From: an uncultured Gammaproteobacteria bacterium
GTDB taxonomy: Bacteria > Patescibacteriota > Microgenomatia > UBA10105 > UBA927
Assembly: GCA_964573695.1 (NCBI GenBank)
Contig: CAZNKB010000001.1
Location: 132,497-196,496, forward strand
Reading direction: 5' to 3'
DNA: 64,000 nucleotides
Made by a program: the position numbers and the translations under genes
The notes under the pieces: model-generated
What the model was told of the DNA's origin: nothing
Seen by the model: the letters and a program-made list of their open reading frames with translations, nothing else
Databases searched by the model: none
Part shown: piece by piece, positions 29,511-41,426 of the stretch
How the letters are laid out: each line of letters opens with the position of its first letter
How positions within the stretch are numbered: position 1 is the stretch's first letter

Positions 29511-30038
29511 CTAGGAATTCGCGTCTGTTTGCTCGCTTACTACCCGGACAAGCTTCGAATGATCCCAAACGCTGTAATTGTACATAACACCCGAATGAGT
29601 ACGTAGCACGTGGGGCAAATAATACTTCACCGGCGGAAATATCGTATCCATAGCGGCAAGCGCGTCCATATGTATCCATGTAGCAGATCCTTCGTGGTTG
29701 GAAATAACGCCTGCGGGCTTAGTTGTTAACACGGCGAGAAACCCAAAGACGACAAACAGCTCGTTCCGATCTACATGATGATGCATCGCCACAAATTTAA
29801 GCTGCACATTATCGGGAGATAATATAATACCCACCTCTTCGGATACTTCGCGGATCGCAGCCGCCAAGGGGGTTTCTCCTTCTTCTATGTGTCCTCCGGG
29901 AAGAGCAAGCCAACCGGGAAAAACTTTTTTTGTTTCGCTACGCTTAAACATGAGGACGTCGTGTTTGTGCGTTATGCACACATCCACTGTATATACCGGT
30001 ATCGCGACTTCCTGAAGATGTTTGGGCGGCACTGGCAT
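29511..30038 (-). CDS. NUDIX hydrolase
   Basis: Nudix box GGHIEEGETPLAAAIREVSEEVG. Confidence 0.88.
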   Translation of the reverse strand: MPVPPKHLQEVAIPVYTVDVCITHKHDVLMFKRSETKKVFPGWLALPGGHIEEGETPLAAAIREVSEEVGIILSPDNVQLKFVAMHHHVDRNELFVVFGFLAVLTTKPAGVISNHEGSATWIHMDALAAMDTIFPPVKYYLPHVLRTHSGVMYNYSVWDHSKLVRVVSEQTDANS

Positions 30039-30081
30039 GACACCAGTATACCAAAGCGAAGCGCTCCGCAATTACGAGGTA

Positions 30082-30963
30082 TTATTCCGTCTTGTCGGCG
30101 TATTGCGCGGATATCCAGCCTTTGTTGGTTCCGTCGTGAGAAATCTGATACCAGCCGGTCTGCTGGGTGAACACGTGATATTTTTCTCCGGGATTGACTC
30201 TTCCGGCTTCGGTTGCTGATGTCGAGGGTTCCATACGAACGCGCAGGAATCCCGTCGGCGTATCTTTTATCGTTACATACGGTTTCTGCGGTGTTGCCGA
30301 TGACGTGGCGGTATTTGTGCTCTTTAACGTCGGTGTCGGAGTAGTCGACGTGAGCGCGGCAGGCGTTGCTTCAGGAACCGGAATACCTCCGGCAGACAAC
30401 GCTAATTTCATACTGGCAATAAGCTTGTATCCACTCGTTAATTTGACCTTCATTGTCCGCGTGAGGAACCCCGGACTCGTAACCGTCAGTGAATGATCGC
30501 CTGCCACAACATCGGATATGGTAAGCGGAGTAATCCCCTTTGTTACGTCGTCCAGAACGACCGATGCCCCGTCGGGATTCGTGATAACCGAAAGTTCCGG
30601 CTTGCCTGCGACACTTTTTTCAAGCCATAGCACGTCTACTGCCGAGGATAACTCGGATTCGGATAACACAGCGTTGATATACGTAAGCAGGTTGGTTCCG
30701 ACCGATATTTTTGCCTGCCACGGGGCCACTTCGCCGGTAGAGGATTCCGCAACCAATCGGATCGTATATTCCCCTGCTGTTACTTTCTCACGAAGAGGGG
30801 TTCTTCCTATGTGTTTGTTGTCCAAAAAAACACTCACCGTCGGGGTAGCATCTACACGAAGTTCTCCCTCTTTGGGCGCTCGGGAACCCAACAATCTCAC
30901 CGCACCGAAAATAATGAGAATAACAGCAAGGAAGATAACAAGGAAGATTGCCTTACGCTTCAT
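30082..30963 (-). CDS. PEGA-domain + bacterial SH3-domain exported protein
   Basis: TM, two PEGA repeats (GRTPL, GITPL), Thr linker, and SH3_3-like LRVRMEPS...GWYQI...GWIS. Confidence 0.85.
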   Translation of the reverse strand: MKRKAIFLVIFLAVILIIFGAVRLLGSRAPKEGELRVDATPTVSVFLDNKHIGRTPLREKVTAGEYTIRLVAESSTGEVAPWQAKISVGTNLLTYINAVLSESELSSAVDVLWLEKSVAGKPELSVITNPDGASVVLDDVTKGITPLTISDVVAGDHSLTVTSPGFLTRTMKVKLTSGYKLIASMKLALSAGGIPVPEATPAALTSTTPTPTLKSTNTATSSATPQKPYVTIKDTPTGFLRVRMEPSTSATEAGRVNPGEKYHVFTQQTGWYQISHDGTNKGWISAQYADKTE

Positions 30964-31025
30964 AAATTGAGTTCGATCATACCACATTGAAGCGAGTTTG
31001 GGCAATGTCAGCCCTGCCTACGAAT

Positions 31026-31054
31026 TTGACTTTGGGCCGATTTTACGCTACAAT
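31026..31054 (+). promoter_or_regulatory. Sigma70-type promoter upstream of the M23 peptidase gene
   Basis: TTGACT-N17-TACAAT. Confidence 0.7.
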
Positions 31055-31065
31055 AGCGGGTATTG

Positions 31066-31095
31066 AACCACTCTTTCGGGAGTGGTTTTTTGTTT
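31066..31095 (+). terminator. Terminator-like hairpin + U-tract in the 5' leader of the M23 gene
   Basis: AACCACTCT-TTCG-GGAGTGGTT followed by TTTTGTTT. Confidence 0.6.
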
Positions 31096-31103
31096 CATTT
31101 TTT

Positions 31104-31775
31104 ATGGCAAAAACAGCCCTTTATTGGCTCACAAAGCCCTACTACGGCAGCAATCGCCTAAGCCGGTGGATCAGAACAAAAATTGAACGCCGTTCTATCC
31201 AGGAGCTCATAGGTGTTCCGCTTATCGGCCTCGCGTTCTTTGGAGCGGTAATCGTGCCTCAGACACAGGCTGGGTTCGCCACGGCTGAAGTGTACTTGGA
31301 CACCCAAACCACCACCGTGAATGCAGTCGTGGTCCCTTCCCGGTTTCGCTGGCCACTTGCTGCGTTTGGCATATCGCAACACTTTCGTGGCGGACATCCT
31401 GGCATGGACCTTACCAACCCGGCCGGTACACCTATGTATCCTATTACGGAAGGCAAGGTTATCCTTGTTGCGTCACTCCACAGCGGCTATGGCAGACACG
31501 TCATAATCGAGCACAATGATACGATGACCTCAACGTATGCGCATCTTTCCCGCGTGGATGTCAAAGAAGGACAGAACGTCACAAAAGACACCGAAATAGG
31601 AACAGTCGGTGCCACTGGCTGGGCAACAGGAAATCACCTTCACCTGGAAATTCATCAGGACGGGGTAGCTATGGATCCCAAAGAAATATTGCCGGAAATC
31701 AAAGTATACGACCGTCATATTACTTTTTCTTCTATTAAAGAGCGCATGAAGCCGAATTTTGAGGTCTCGCTATAG
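31104..31775 (+). CDS. M23-family metallopeptidase
   Basis: HPGMD, YGRHV, YAHL and ATGNHLHLE motifs; start placed at ATG 31104. Confidence 0.9.
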   Translation: MAKTALYWLTKPYYGSNRLSRWIRTKIERRSIQELIGVPLIGLAFFGAVIVPQTQAGFATAEVYLDTQTTTVNAVVVPSRFRWPLAAFGISQHFRGGHPGMDLTNPAGTPMYPITEGKVILVASLHSGYGRHVIIEHNDTMTSTYAHLSRVDVKEGQNVTKDTEIGTVGATGWATGNHLHLEIHQDGVAMDPKEILPEIKVYDRHITFSSIKERMKPNFEVSL

Positions 31776-32210
31776 ATATCGCGAAAGAATAGTTGCGTCC
31801 TTGTCGCCGAATCTCTTTTTGAAAAACCCCGCCTTTTCAAATCCCTTATAAAGCAAAAACTGCTCCAGTGGGCTGTCCACCTCGGTATACGTATATATAT
31901 TCGTTACTTTTTCGTCCTTGGCGATATCGAGTATATGCCCAAGAAGATCTGATCCTATGCCGCTCCCCTGATATTTCTTGTCTACGAAGAAAAAGTGTAT
32001 ACGGAGCCGTACGGCATCAATATTTATAGAAGCAAACCCTACGAGCCTGTTGTCGCTCGTAAACGCCCCAAAAAACTGCTCACCGTTTGTAAACAATTTC
32101 TCAATGCGCTGTGCAGTCAGGTAATACGCGTGCTTGAACCCGTCATTTTTCTGTATGGTGATACACCGTTTTGCGTACTCCAATCCAATATTTTTTATGT
32201 ATGCCTTCAT
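31770..32210 (-). CDS. GNAT-family N-acetyltransferase
   Basis: VDKKYQGSGIGSDLL acetyl-CoA motif and YKGF. Confidence 0.8.
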   Translation of the reverse strand: MKAYIKNIGLEYAKRCITIQKNDGFKHAYYLTAQRIEKLFTNGEQFFGAFTSDNRLVGFASINIDAVRLRIHFFFVDKKYQGSGIGSDLLGHILDIAKDEKVTNIYTYTEVDSPLEQFLLYKGFEKAGFFKKRFGDKDATILSRYL

Positions 32211-32282
32211 ATATGTGCGGACATCCTCATGTATACCAAAAAATTTCACCAAAAAAAATATAATACTGCAGGCCCTAGCAGG

Positions 32283-33167
32283 TCATAAGGAAAGCGAAGC
32301 TGCCCATGAGACAATTTTGTCAACGAATTCACTCTCTTTTCCGGTAAATCCGTGATCCGCGCCGGGGATAACCACGCTTGTATACTTTGTGGAAGCGGTG
32401 TGCGCATCAAAGGCTTTTTGGATCTCCACAATGGGCCGATCCGCATGCTCATCGCTGCCGCCAAACATAACAAGAAGTGGAACGGTGATCTTTGAAAACG
32501 TGGCAAGCGCGCCTTCATCATCATGATAGTTGAACACATCCTCCGGTGAGCCAACAGCTAACAAGCTCATCCAGCGTTTGGGCGTCAGCGGGAAAAAATC
32601 AAACCCGGTAAGCAGCTCGTCGCCTTTCCCTTCCTGAATTTTCTGTTCCATGATTGCCCGATGTTTTTGGTTGGTTTGTTCGTCGCTTGCGGAGTACCGA
32701 TCTGACATTGGACCTGACAGCACCACTCCCGCCACCTTCGGATCGTTTACTGTTCCCGCGTAGTAACACACTTTGTTTGCCCCCGTGCTGTTGCCGACAA
32801 GCACTACCTTTTCAAATCCCCGACCGGCAAAAAACACTACCATAGCTTCGATATCTTTCACACAATCGGTGAAATTCTCAACACCCGCACCAATGGTCTG
32901 GTATACAAATCCCCTGTCGCTGGTCGCATCCAACCGGTGGACACTCGAAACATAGTCATGACCCCTGGTATGAAACGCACCGAACGCCATACCTGCACGC
33001 TCACAGGCCCGGGCAAATAATTCCATACTCTTTGTGTTACCGTAAAACGTACCCGTCAGCCCGTGAATCCATACAACCGCTGTCTTCCCGCATCCTTCCG
33101 GGATATGCACCATGCCCTGGTGCACCAATTGGTCCTTCGTAACAATATCGACAAGTTCGTACTTCAT
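32283..33167 (-). CDS. Alpha/beta hydrolase (DUF1749-like)
   Basis: IHGLTG, GNSTGANK nucleophile elbow, GGSDE and GADH; start at MKYELV is approximate. Confidence 0.75.
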   Translation of the reverse strand: MKYELVDIVTKDQLVHQGMVHIPEGCGKTAVVWIHGLTGTFYGNTKSMELFARACERAGMAFGAFHTRGHDYVSSVHRLDATSDRGFVYQTIGAGVENFTDCVKDIEAMVVFFAGRGFEKVVLVGNSTGANKVCYYAGTVNDPKVAGVVLSGPMSDRYSASDEQTNQKHRAIMEQKIQEGKGDELLTGFDFFPLTPKRWMSLLAVGSPEDVFNYHDDEGALATFSKITVPLLVMFGGSDEHADRPIVEIQKAFDAHTASTKYTSVVIPGADHGFTGKESEFVDKIVSWAASLSL

Positions 33168-33169
33168 AG

Positions 33170-33799
33170 TTATTTTTTTGCAAAACTCGAAATCCACACT
33201 TCGTGCGGACGCTCCGCATTCCGGTCATTCTGGTCCCAGGTATATTGATCAATCATTTTCAACCCGACACCTTCCAAAAGCCCGCGGATTTCATCGCTCA
33301 TGTAGTACGTAAAAAACCTGGTATCTCCTTCTATGGTCCCGCTCGTCACGAGCTGCTCACCGGTTCCTTCTTTCATAAGTAAAAATAGCACACCGCCGGG
33401 AATGAGCATATGCTGAAAATTCCGTAGAACGGTGACGCACTCATCACGCTTCAGGTGAAGCAGGGACGCGCACGCCCAAATACCGTCAAATGAGGTATTG
33501 AGGTTAATCGCACGCAGGTCCATTATCTGAAACGTGGCATTTGGATGCGCATGGGCTTTGGCGTACGAAAGAAGGCCCTGGGATAAATCGACACCGGTGA
33601 CGATAAATCCCTGTGATGCGAAATGGTTGGCGTCTCTGCCTGACCCACAACCAGCGTCCAAAATTTTCCCTCCCGGCTTTACCAACGAGGCAAACCTCTC
33701 GCGTTCCTCCTCCGGCGCGTACGCCTGCACTTTTGCAATAAAGGAAGGCGCGGTTTTGTCGTACGTTGCTATTGTAGTTCTCGTGTAATCACCAGACAT
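33170..33799 (-). CDS. Class I SAM-dependent methyltransferase
   Basis: ILDAGCGSGRD, GVDLS, FDGIWACASLLH and LIPGG motifs. Confidence 0.9.
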   Translation of the reverse strand: MSGDYTRTTIATYDKTAPSFIAKVQAYAPEEERERFASLVKPGGKILDAGCGSGRDANHFASQGFIVTGVDLSQGLLSYAKAHAHPNATFQIMDLRAINLNTSFDGIWACASLLHLKRDECVTVLRNFQHMLIPGGVLFLLMKEGTGEQLVTSGTIEGDTRFFTYYMSDEIRGLLEGVGLKMIDQYTWDQNDRNAERPHEVWISSFAKK

Positions 33800-33819
33800 A
33801 GTTCCTGCCGTAGTATACC

Positions 33820-33844
33820 AAAAGCCCCTCTTTCGAGGGGCCTT
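33820..33844 (-). terminator. Intrinsic terminator after groEL
   Basis: Minus strand GCCCCTC-GAAA-GAGGGGC-TTTT, about 30 nt after the groEL stop. Confidence 0.75.
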
Positions 33845-33875
33845 CTGGTTAATAATAAATAGCGCGAGTCTATAG

Positions 33876-35851
<1,976 letters not shown>

Positions 35852-35899
35852 AACTACCTCCTTTATATTAATGCGACTACTGAGTGTTTTTCTAAAAAA

Positions 35900-35926
35900 C
35901 TAGCAGTCTTTTGAAGTGAGTGCTAT
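35900..35926. promoter_or_regulatory. CIRCE operator of groES-groEL
   Basis: CTAGCAGTC-N9-GAGTGCTAT; immediately downstream of the minus-strand promoter TTGACA (35953-35948)-N17-TAAAAT (35930-35925). Confidence 0.88.
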
Positions 35927-35927
35927 T

Positions 35928-36836
35928 TTACCGACCATAAAAAATCTTGTCAAGGGGTATGTGGTATGACCGTAAACGATCCTGCAGCTTTTCTTTCACC
36001 CATTCACGCGCATCGCGCGGGTGAAACCGTATCATACCAGATCGAATTACTTCGTTGGTCCGACGTTTTCTCATATACCAAAGCTGCATATAACGCGCGA
36101 CCGGCTCAACACATACAAGAACCACAGAGAGAACATTGCGCACAACCGAATTATGCGGACGCGGATTGTCGTGCGTTGCCTGACGTAACTTATCTTTGTA
36201 GGCACGCGGCAGAAACACCGCCACCCAGCGATTGGCCAGCAAAAATTCCCGATACGCTTCCCCTACCTCCCAAAGGGGCACCATTTGGAGCACTTCATGT
36301 GCGGCAAATAAATCATGTTCTGCTTTGGGAAGCTCCAGTTCATTATCGGACATAAACATATTGAGGCATATTTTGTCCGCTACCGATCCTTCTTCGGGTT
36401 TTCTGCGCACCCCCAAAAATTCAGCGAGCAGCGTCACCAACAAGCGGGTAATCCACATGCTGTGCTTTCTCGCGACGAAAAAAACATCGATATCATCGGA
36501 CTCTTTTGCATTATGAACGGCGAGCCCTCCTGTGACACCTACAAGCTGTAGCGTCGGAATGAGATGAAAATAATTCATCGTGTGGCTTATTCTGTTCCAT
36601 TTGCGTACGGCTATTTTTGCCCGCGTTGTCCGTAACGACACGACGCGGCTCCGGCCTTTAAGAAAAAAGTACGTCGTCTTACCTGCCCGCTTCACTTCCA
36701 AAAATGAAGAATGACGCACGTTGCCCTGTATGCCGCCGATACCCCAATAGGACACCTCTTCTCTGGTCAATGGATAATTAAAGATATCCGCATAGGCCAC
36801 GGTTGCCAAAATTTTGTGAGGTCGAGATACGTTCAT
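35928..36836 (-). CDS. Pol-beta-like nucleotidyltransferase-domain protein
   Basis: TGGLA...SDDIDVF NTase-like motif, plus ADIFNYPLT and KICLN motifs. Confidence 0.65.
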   Translation of the reverse strand: MNVSRPHKILATVAYADIFNYPLTREEVSYWGIGGIQGNVRHSSFLEVKRAGKTTYFFLKGRSRVVSLRTTRAKIAVRKWNRISHTMNYFHLIPTLQLVGVTGGLAVHNAKESDDIDVFFVARKHSMWITRLLVTLLAEFLGVRRKPEEGSVADKICLNMFMSDNELELPKAEHDLFAAHEVLQMVPLWEVGEAYREFLLANRWVAVFLPRAYKDKLRQATHDNPRPHNSVVRNVLSVVLVCVEPVARYMQLWYMRKRRTNEVIRSGMIRFHPRDAREWVKEKLQDRLRSYHIPLDKIFYGR

Positions 36837-36846
36837 GCCAGATGTG

Positions 36847-38400
36847 TTATGGGGTAGGAGTGATTTCCGATCCGCTTGTACTTATACCATAGGACGACAA
36901 AACTTGCCGGAAACCGGAAGACATAGTCGTCAAAACTTGTGTCGGTGATCCACCACTCACCATACCATTTACCGCATCGGTCGCGTATTGTATGAGTTTG
37001 TCATTGATGCCGTTATCAAACGTCCGCGAAGCGAGCGGGAACGACCGCGCAAATACCGCCTGTTTAACATACGCCCCGACATACGGATCTTCTGCTACGG
37101 TATTTGCCAGCTCGACACGCGCATAAGGCTCACCAAAAAGCCTTGTTTTGGAAGCCTCCGTATAAAGCTTCTGCGCACCTTCCTTGCTGGTCATATATTT
37201 CACAAATTCCCACGAAGCGTCGAGGTTTTTACTCCGGGAGGAAACGCCTTCCACCCAGTACGACGACCACGCCACTGCATTGCCCTGAAGCTGTGGAACA
37301 GGAGCTATATGAAATCGAAGTTTCGGATTTATCTGGGCGATATCATGTGCCCGCCACGACGGAGCAAGAATCATAGCGACCCTGCCGGCCGCAAAAGCAG
37401 AAATGGAATTATCCATTCCCTCGCTCCAGGTATAAAGCGGATCAGACGTATCGGAAAACTTCCGGTAAAAAATAAGCGTGCCCTCTGCCTCCTTACCGAC
37501 GGGATTGGAAATTGGCGCGCCGTTCTGCAAAAACATAAGTCCTAAAATATCGCTGAAATGCTCGACATTGTTAGTCGTGCCGAGTGCAATCGCTGACGTG
37601 ACTATGGCAGTTCCGTTTTTGACCGTCAGTTTAGGAATAATGTTTATAACGTCCGTCCATGTTCCCGGTTCCGAAACCCCGGCCGTTGCAAATAATTCAT
37701 CGTTTATATAAAGACCCAACCCGTCGACCATGAGGGGCAAACCGAATATGGACGCCCCTGACACCAAGTCGTTGCTTTGCACCGGAAAAAACGTGCTGGC
37801 AAATTCCTGCGCCGTCATCACCGTCGAAGGAACGAGTGAGAGCTGGTTGCGAAGCATGGGAATCCATGTATTATGGAACCGGAACACATCCGGTCCCTCA
37901 CCCCTGTTGATCGCTGATTGCAACCGTTCCCGGTACTGCTTCGGTGACTGCTGGGTATACTGTACTTTAATAGAAGGGTGCGACGCTTCAAAATCCGCCA
38001 GAAATTGCCGGGTTACCGCATCGTTTTCCCATAATCCCCAGTAATTTAAGGTCACTTCTTTTGCGGTTTTGCCACCACCGGAGAGCTTACCCCATGCGAA
38101 AACACCGATCACACCCATCAACAACAAAACCCCAAAAATAAGCAACATCCGCATAATCGGCTTACCGGTCTTTTGCGGAGGTGTCGCCTCCCCGCCGGGA
38201 ACCTGGATATTGGGGATAAACGGATTTGGAGAAGTCTGAGGTGTCGAAGGCGATGAGACACCCGCAGCTTCCGTGGGAGGCACCACAATCGTATCGGGCG
38301 CCTGAGATGAAGGTGCCGTAAATACCGGCTCCGCAATTGCGACTCCTCCTCCGGGCGGAACCACTTGAGGATCGGGTGTCTGTGGGTCTTTTGGATCCAT
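36847..38400 (-). CDS. Sugar-type extracellular solute-binding protein with Pro-rich N-terminus and TM anchor
   Basis: YWGLW, GPDVF, GLPLMVDGLGLYIN, FAAGRVAM and SWEFVKYM (SBP_bac_1/8-like). Confidence 0.85.
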   Translation of the reverse strand: MDPKDPQTPDPQVVPPGGGVAIAEPVFTAPSSQAPDTIVVPPTEAAGVSSPSTPQTSPNPFIPNIQVPGGEATPPQKTGKPIMRMLLIFGVLLLMGVIGVFAWGKLSGGGKTAKEVTLNYWGLWENDAVTRQFLADFEASHPSIKVQYTQQSPKQYRERLQSAINRGEGPDVFRFHNTWIPMLRNQLSLVPSTVMTAQEFASTFFPVQSNDLVSGASIFGLPLMVDGLGLYINDELFATAGVSEPGTWTDVINIIPKLTVKNGTAIVTSAIALGTTNNVEHFSDILGLMFLQNGAPISNPVGKEAEGTLIFYRKFSDTSDPLYTWSEGMDNSISAFAAGRVAMILAPSWRAHDIAQINPKLRFHIAPVPQLQGNAVAWSSYWVEGVSSRSKNLDASWEFVKYMTSKEGAQKLYTEASKTRLFGEPYARVELANTVAEDPYVGAYVKQAVFARSFPLASRTFDNGINDKLIQYATDAVNGMVSGGSPTQVLTTMSSGFRQVLSSYGISTSGSEITPTP

Positions 38401-38428
38401 AGTAATGTAGGGTACAATGTATCATAAC

Positions 38429-39844
38429 ATGACTCATATTCCTCCGGTAAGGCCAGTACCCAAAAAATCCTCCAGAACCACGCTTTGGGCAATCGGCATA
38501 GGACTTATACTACTTGTCATCTCCACTATTGCCGGGCTTTCCGCGTATGACGCATATTACGAAGGCAAAATTTATCCCAATATCACCATAGATAACATAG
38601 ATTTTGGGGGTAAAACGCCGCGTGAGGTGGAGGCATACTGGAAAAATCAAAACATCCCTTTTGCATCGTCCGTATTCGAATTCAAATTTGAAAATGAAAC
38701 CGCGACCGTCTCCGGTGCGGATTTGGATCTCGGATATGATGCGACGTTGTCCGCCACACAAGCGTATGCCATGGGAAGAAGCGGACACTGGTTAGGGGAC
38801 CTTACCACAAAATTTTTCCGGGGGGCCGTCAACATCACGCCGTATTTCCGTTGGAAAACCGATCTTGTGCGTACGACGCTCGACGATATTTCAGCGCGCA
38901 TCGACATCCCTGTACAGGAAGCGCTGTTCCAGTTTAATAACGGACGGGTCACCGCATTCCGCGCATCCCGGGACGGTCGGGCAGTTCACAAAGAAGAAGC
39001 ACTTGCGCGTTTCGATGAAGCTGTTAAGGCGCTGCCGCATGCACCTACGTATCACATCGTCATCAACCTCCCCGTCTATACTGCTCATCCTGTAGCGACG
39101 ACAGAAAAAGCAAATTCATTTGGCATCAAAGAACTCATTGGCCGCGGGTATTCCGAATTCCAGGGATCAATTCCCGGCAGAATTCATAATGTCGCGCTAG
39201 CTGCAGCACGCATCAACGGCGTTCTGATCCCACCCGGAGAAACGTTTTCTTTTAACGACGCAGTCGGTGATATTTCTGCCGCCACAGGATACCAATCCGC
39301 TTACATCATCAAGGAAGGAAGAACCGTCCTTGGGGACGGCGGCGGCGTATGCCAGGTAAGCTCAACATTGTTCCGAGCGGCATTGAATGCCGGACTTTCG
39401 ATACCGGAACGCCACGCCCACGCTTACCGAGTCCATTATTATGAAGAGGGAGGATTTAAACCGGGACTTGATGCGACCGTATTCTCACCGAGTGTCGATC
39501 TGAAAATCAAAAACGACACGCCTTCACACATCCTCATCCAAACCAAAACCGACACCAAAAATCTGACCCTCACATTTGAGCTCTATGGGACGCATGACGG
39601 ACGCAGCAGTGAGATTACTAACCATATTGTATGGGGAGAAAGCCCGCCGCCGCCCGCGCTATATCAGGACGATCCCACGCTCAAGGCTGGGGTGGTCAAA
39701 CAAGTCGACTGGTCGGCATGGGGAGCCAAAGCATCTTTTGCGTACAGGGTTACCCGCGGTAATGAAGTACTTGAGGATACCACGTTTGTTTCCAATTTTC
39801 GTCCGTGGCAGGCCGTATATTTACGCGGGACAGCCACACCATAA
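38429..39844 (+). CDS. VanW-family protein with putative peptidoglycan-binding domain
   Basis: RIHNV, PGETFSFN, GGGVCQVSSTL, ERHAH and DATV motifs; N-terminal TM; start approximate (38417 or 38429). Confidence 0.88.
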   Translation: MTHIPPVRPVPKKSSRTTLWAIGIGLILLVISTIAGLSAYDAYYEGKIYPNITIDNIDFGGKTPREVEAYWKNQNIPFASSVFEFKFENETATVSGADLDLGYDATLSATQAYAMGRSGHWLGDLTTKFFRGAVNITPYFRWKTDLVRTTLDDISARIDIPVQEALFQFNNGRVTAFRASRDGRAVHKEEALARFDEAVKALPHAPTYHIVINLPVYTAHPVATTEKANSFGIKELIGRGYSEFQGSIPGRIHNVALAAARINGVLIPPGETFSFNDAVGDISAATGYQSAYIIKEGRTVLGDGGGVCQVSSTLFRAALNAGLSIPERHAHAYRVHYYEEGGFKPGLDATVFSPSVDLKIKNDTPSHILIQTKTDTKNLTLTFELYGTHDGRSSEITNHIVWGESPPPPALYQDDPTLKAGVVKQVDWSAWGAKASFAYRVTRGNEVLEDTTFVSNFRPWQAVYLRGTATP

Positions 39845-39848
39845 CCAT

Positions 39849-40265
39849 ATGAAAAAAGTCCTGGTCGGCGGATGTTTTGATTTGCTGCATTTCGGCCACA
39901 TCCAATTTCTCGCGTCTGCCAAACAACTCGGGGATCACCTTATCGTCGCTCTTGAATCTGATGAAAACGTCCGCCGCATGAAAGGCCCGACCCGGCCAAT
40001 TCATACCCAAAAACAACGTCAATCTATGCTCGAAGCGCTCAGGGTAGTCGACGAGGTTATCCTACTCCCCCCGCTCAATACGGACGCTGGGTATGCCGCT
40101 CTCGTAACTTCCGTGCGTCCTGCAGTCATCGCGATCACGAAGGACGATCCCATGGAAAGCAAAAAGCGGGACCACGCTGCACTCATCAACGCCCGCGTTG
40201 AAATAATTGCGAAAATCCACACACCTTCAACCTCGCAACTTACCAAACTCCTTGGTCTCGAGTAA
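39849..40265 (+). CDS. Cytidylyltransferase-like protein (TagD/RibL/RfaE-II family)
   Basis: GGCFDLLHFGH (HxGH), KGPTRP and STSQL motifs. Confidence 0.85.
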   Translation: MKKVLVGGCFDLLHFGHIQFLASAKQLGDHLIVALESDENVRRMKGPTRPIHTQKQRQSMLEALRVVDEVILLPPLNTDAGYAALVTSVRPAVIAITKDDPMESKKRDHAALINARVEIIAKIHTPSTSQLTKLLGLE

Positions 40266-40328
40266 ATCCCGTTCCATACGCACAAGCGTGTGTTAGCGTA
40301 TTTCTTCGGTGCAGGGTAAAATAGGCTC

Positions 40329-41426
40329 ATGCGCATTCTGGCAATCGAAACATCCTGCGACGAAACCGCTGCGGCAGTCGTAGAAAACGGCGTCCGCATT
40401 GTCACAAATGCGGTCGCTACGTCAAAGGAGATGCACGAAAAATACGGGGGGATCGTACCCGAAGTGGCCGCCCGCATGCAGCTTGAATACATTATTCCCG
40501 TTATTACGGAAGCACTTAGTCCATTGGCCCACGGCCATGACAACCGCGCAATCATAGAACACCATATCGACGCCATAGCTGTAACGGTGGGCCCGGGACT
40601 CGTCGGATCGCTTCTTGTCGGCGTGGAAACCGCAAAGACACTCGGGTTTGTCACCCATAAACCGGTGATCCCCGTCAATCATGTCCTGGCGCATATGTAT
40701 GCAAATTTCATTAACACAACACGTGACGAAAACAACTACCTAGCAAATTCAGAAAAACCGGAAATACAATTTCCCGCAATATCATTGGTTGTTTCGGGGG
40801 GACACACAGAGCTCTATCTTATGAAAAACGAAAAGGATCTCATATGGCTCGGCGGTACCCTTGATGACGCGGCCGGCGAGTGCTTTGACAAAACAGCGCG
40901 GTTATTAGGGTTCGGTCATGGAGGCGGTGTCGCAATTCAGGAGGCAGCCAGATCATCCGCAGGTCACAAATCCCAATTCACCGGTCTTTTACCCCGACCC
41001 ATGCTGGGAAAAGAAAACGTGTATAATTTTTCGTTCAGCGGACTAAAAACCGCAATCCTACGTGAAGTAACCAAACTCAAAGACCAAAATAAAATGGACG
41101 ATCAGGCCATTGCCCAATTATCACAGGAAGTGCAGGAAACAATTACCGACGTCCTGGTCAAAAAAACACTCGGGGCGGTAGATGCATTGGGGGCAAAGTC
41201 TCTTCTTCTCTCCGGAGGGGTATCTGCAAACATTCGTCTCAGAGAAAAATTCGCGTCATCGCTCGTTTCCATAGGGTCGTCCGCTCCTCAATTACACGTC
41301 CCTCCGGTGGCACTTTGTACCGACAACGCCGTATATATAGCGAGCTATGCGTATTTTCGCGGTATAAAAAAGGACTGGAAGTCTATCACTGCGCATCCCG
41401 ACCTATCTGTGGAAGTTTCCTCCTGA
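40329..41426 (+). CDS. tsaD: tRNA N6-threonylcarbamoyladenosine synthase TsaD
   Basis: IETSCDET, GGIVPEVA, GPGL, HVLAH, SGGHT, DDAAGECFDK, FSFSGLK and TDNA motifs. Confidence 0.96.
   Translation: MRILAIETSCDETAAAVVENGVRIVTNAVATSKEMHEKYGGIVPEVAARMQLEYIIPVITEALSPLAHGHDNRAIIEHHIDAIAVTVGPGLVGSLLVGVETAKTLGFVTHKPVIPVNHVLAHMYANFINTTRDENNYLANSEKPEIQFPAISLVVSGGHTELYLMKNEKDLIWLGGTLDDAAGECFDKTARLLGFGHGGGVAIQEAARSSAGHKSQFTGLLPRPMLGKENVYNFSFSGLKTAILREVTKLKDQNKMDDQAIAQLSQEVQETITDVLVKKTLGAVDALGAKSLLLSGGVSANIRLREKFASSLVSIGSSAPQLHVPPVALCTDNAVYIASYAYFRGIKKDWKSITAHPDLSVEVSS

Noticed and set aside
31770-33799. Methyltransferase-hydrolase-GNAT trio as a mobile island or toxin-antitoxin locus
   Set aside because: No mobility genes, flanking repeats or antitoxin-like ORF; common accessory enzymes.
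38417-39844. VanW as evidence of vancomycin resistance
   Set aside because: No vanHAX or vanRS; VanW-domain proteins are widespread wall-associated proteins.
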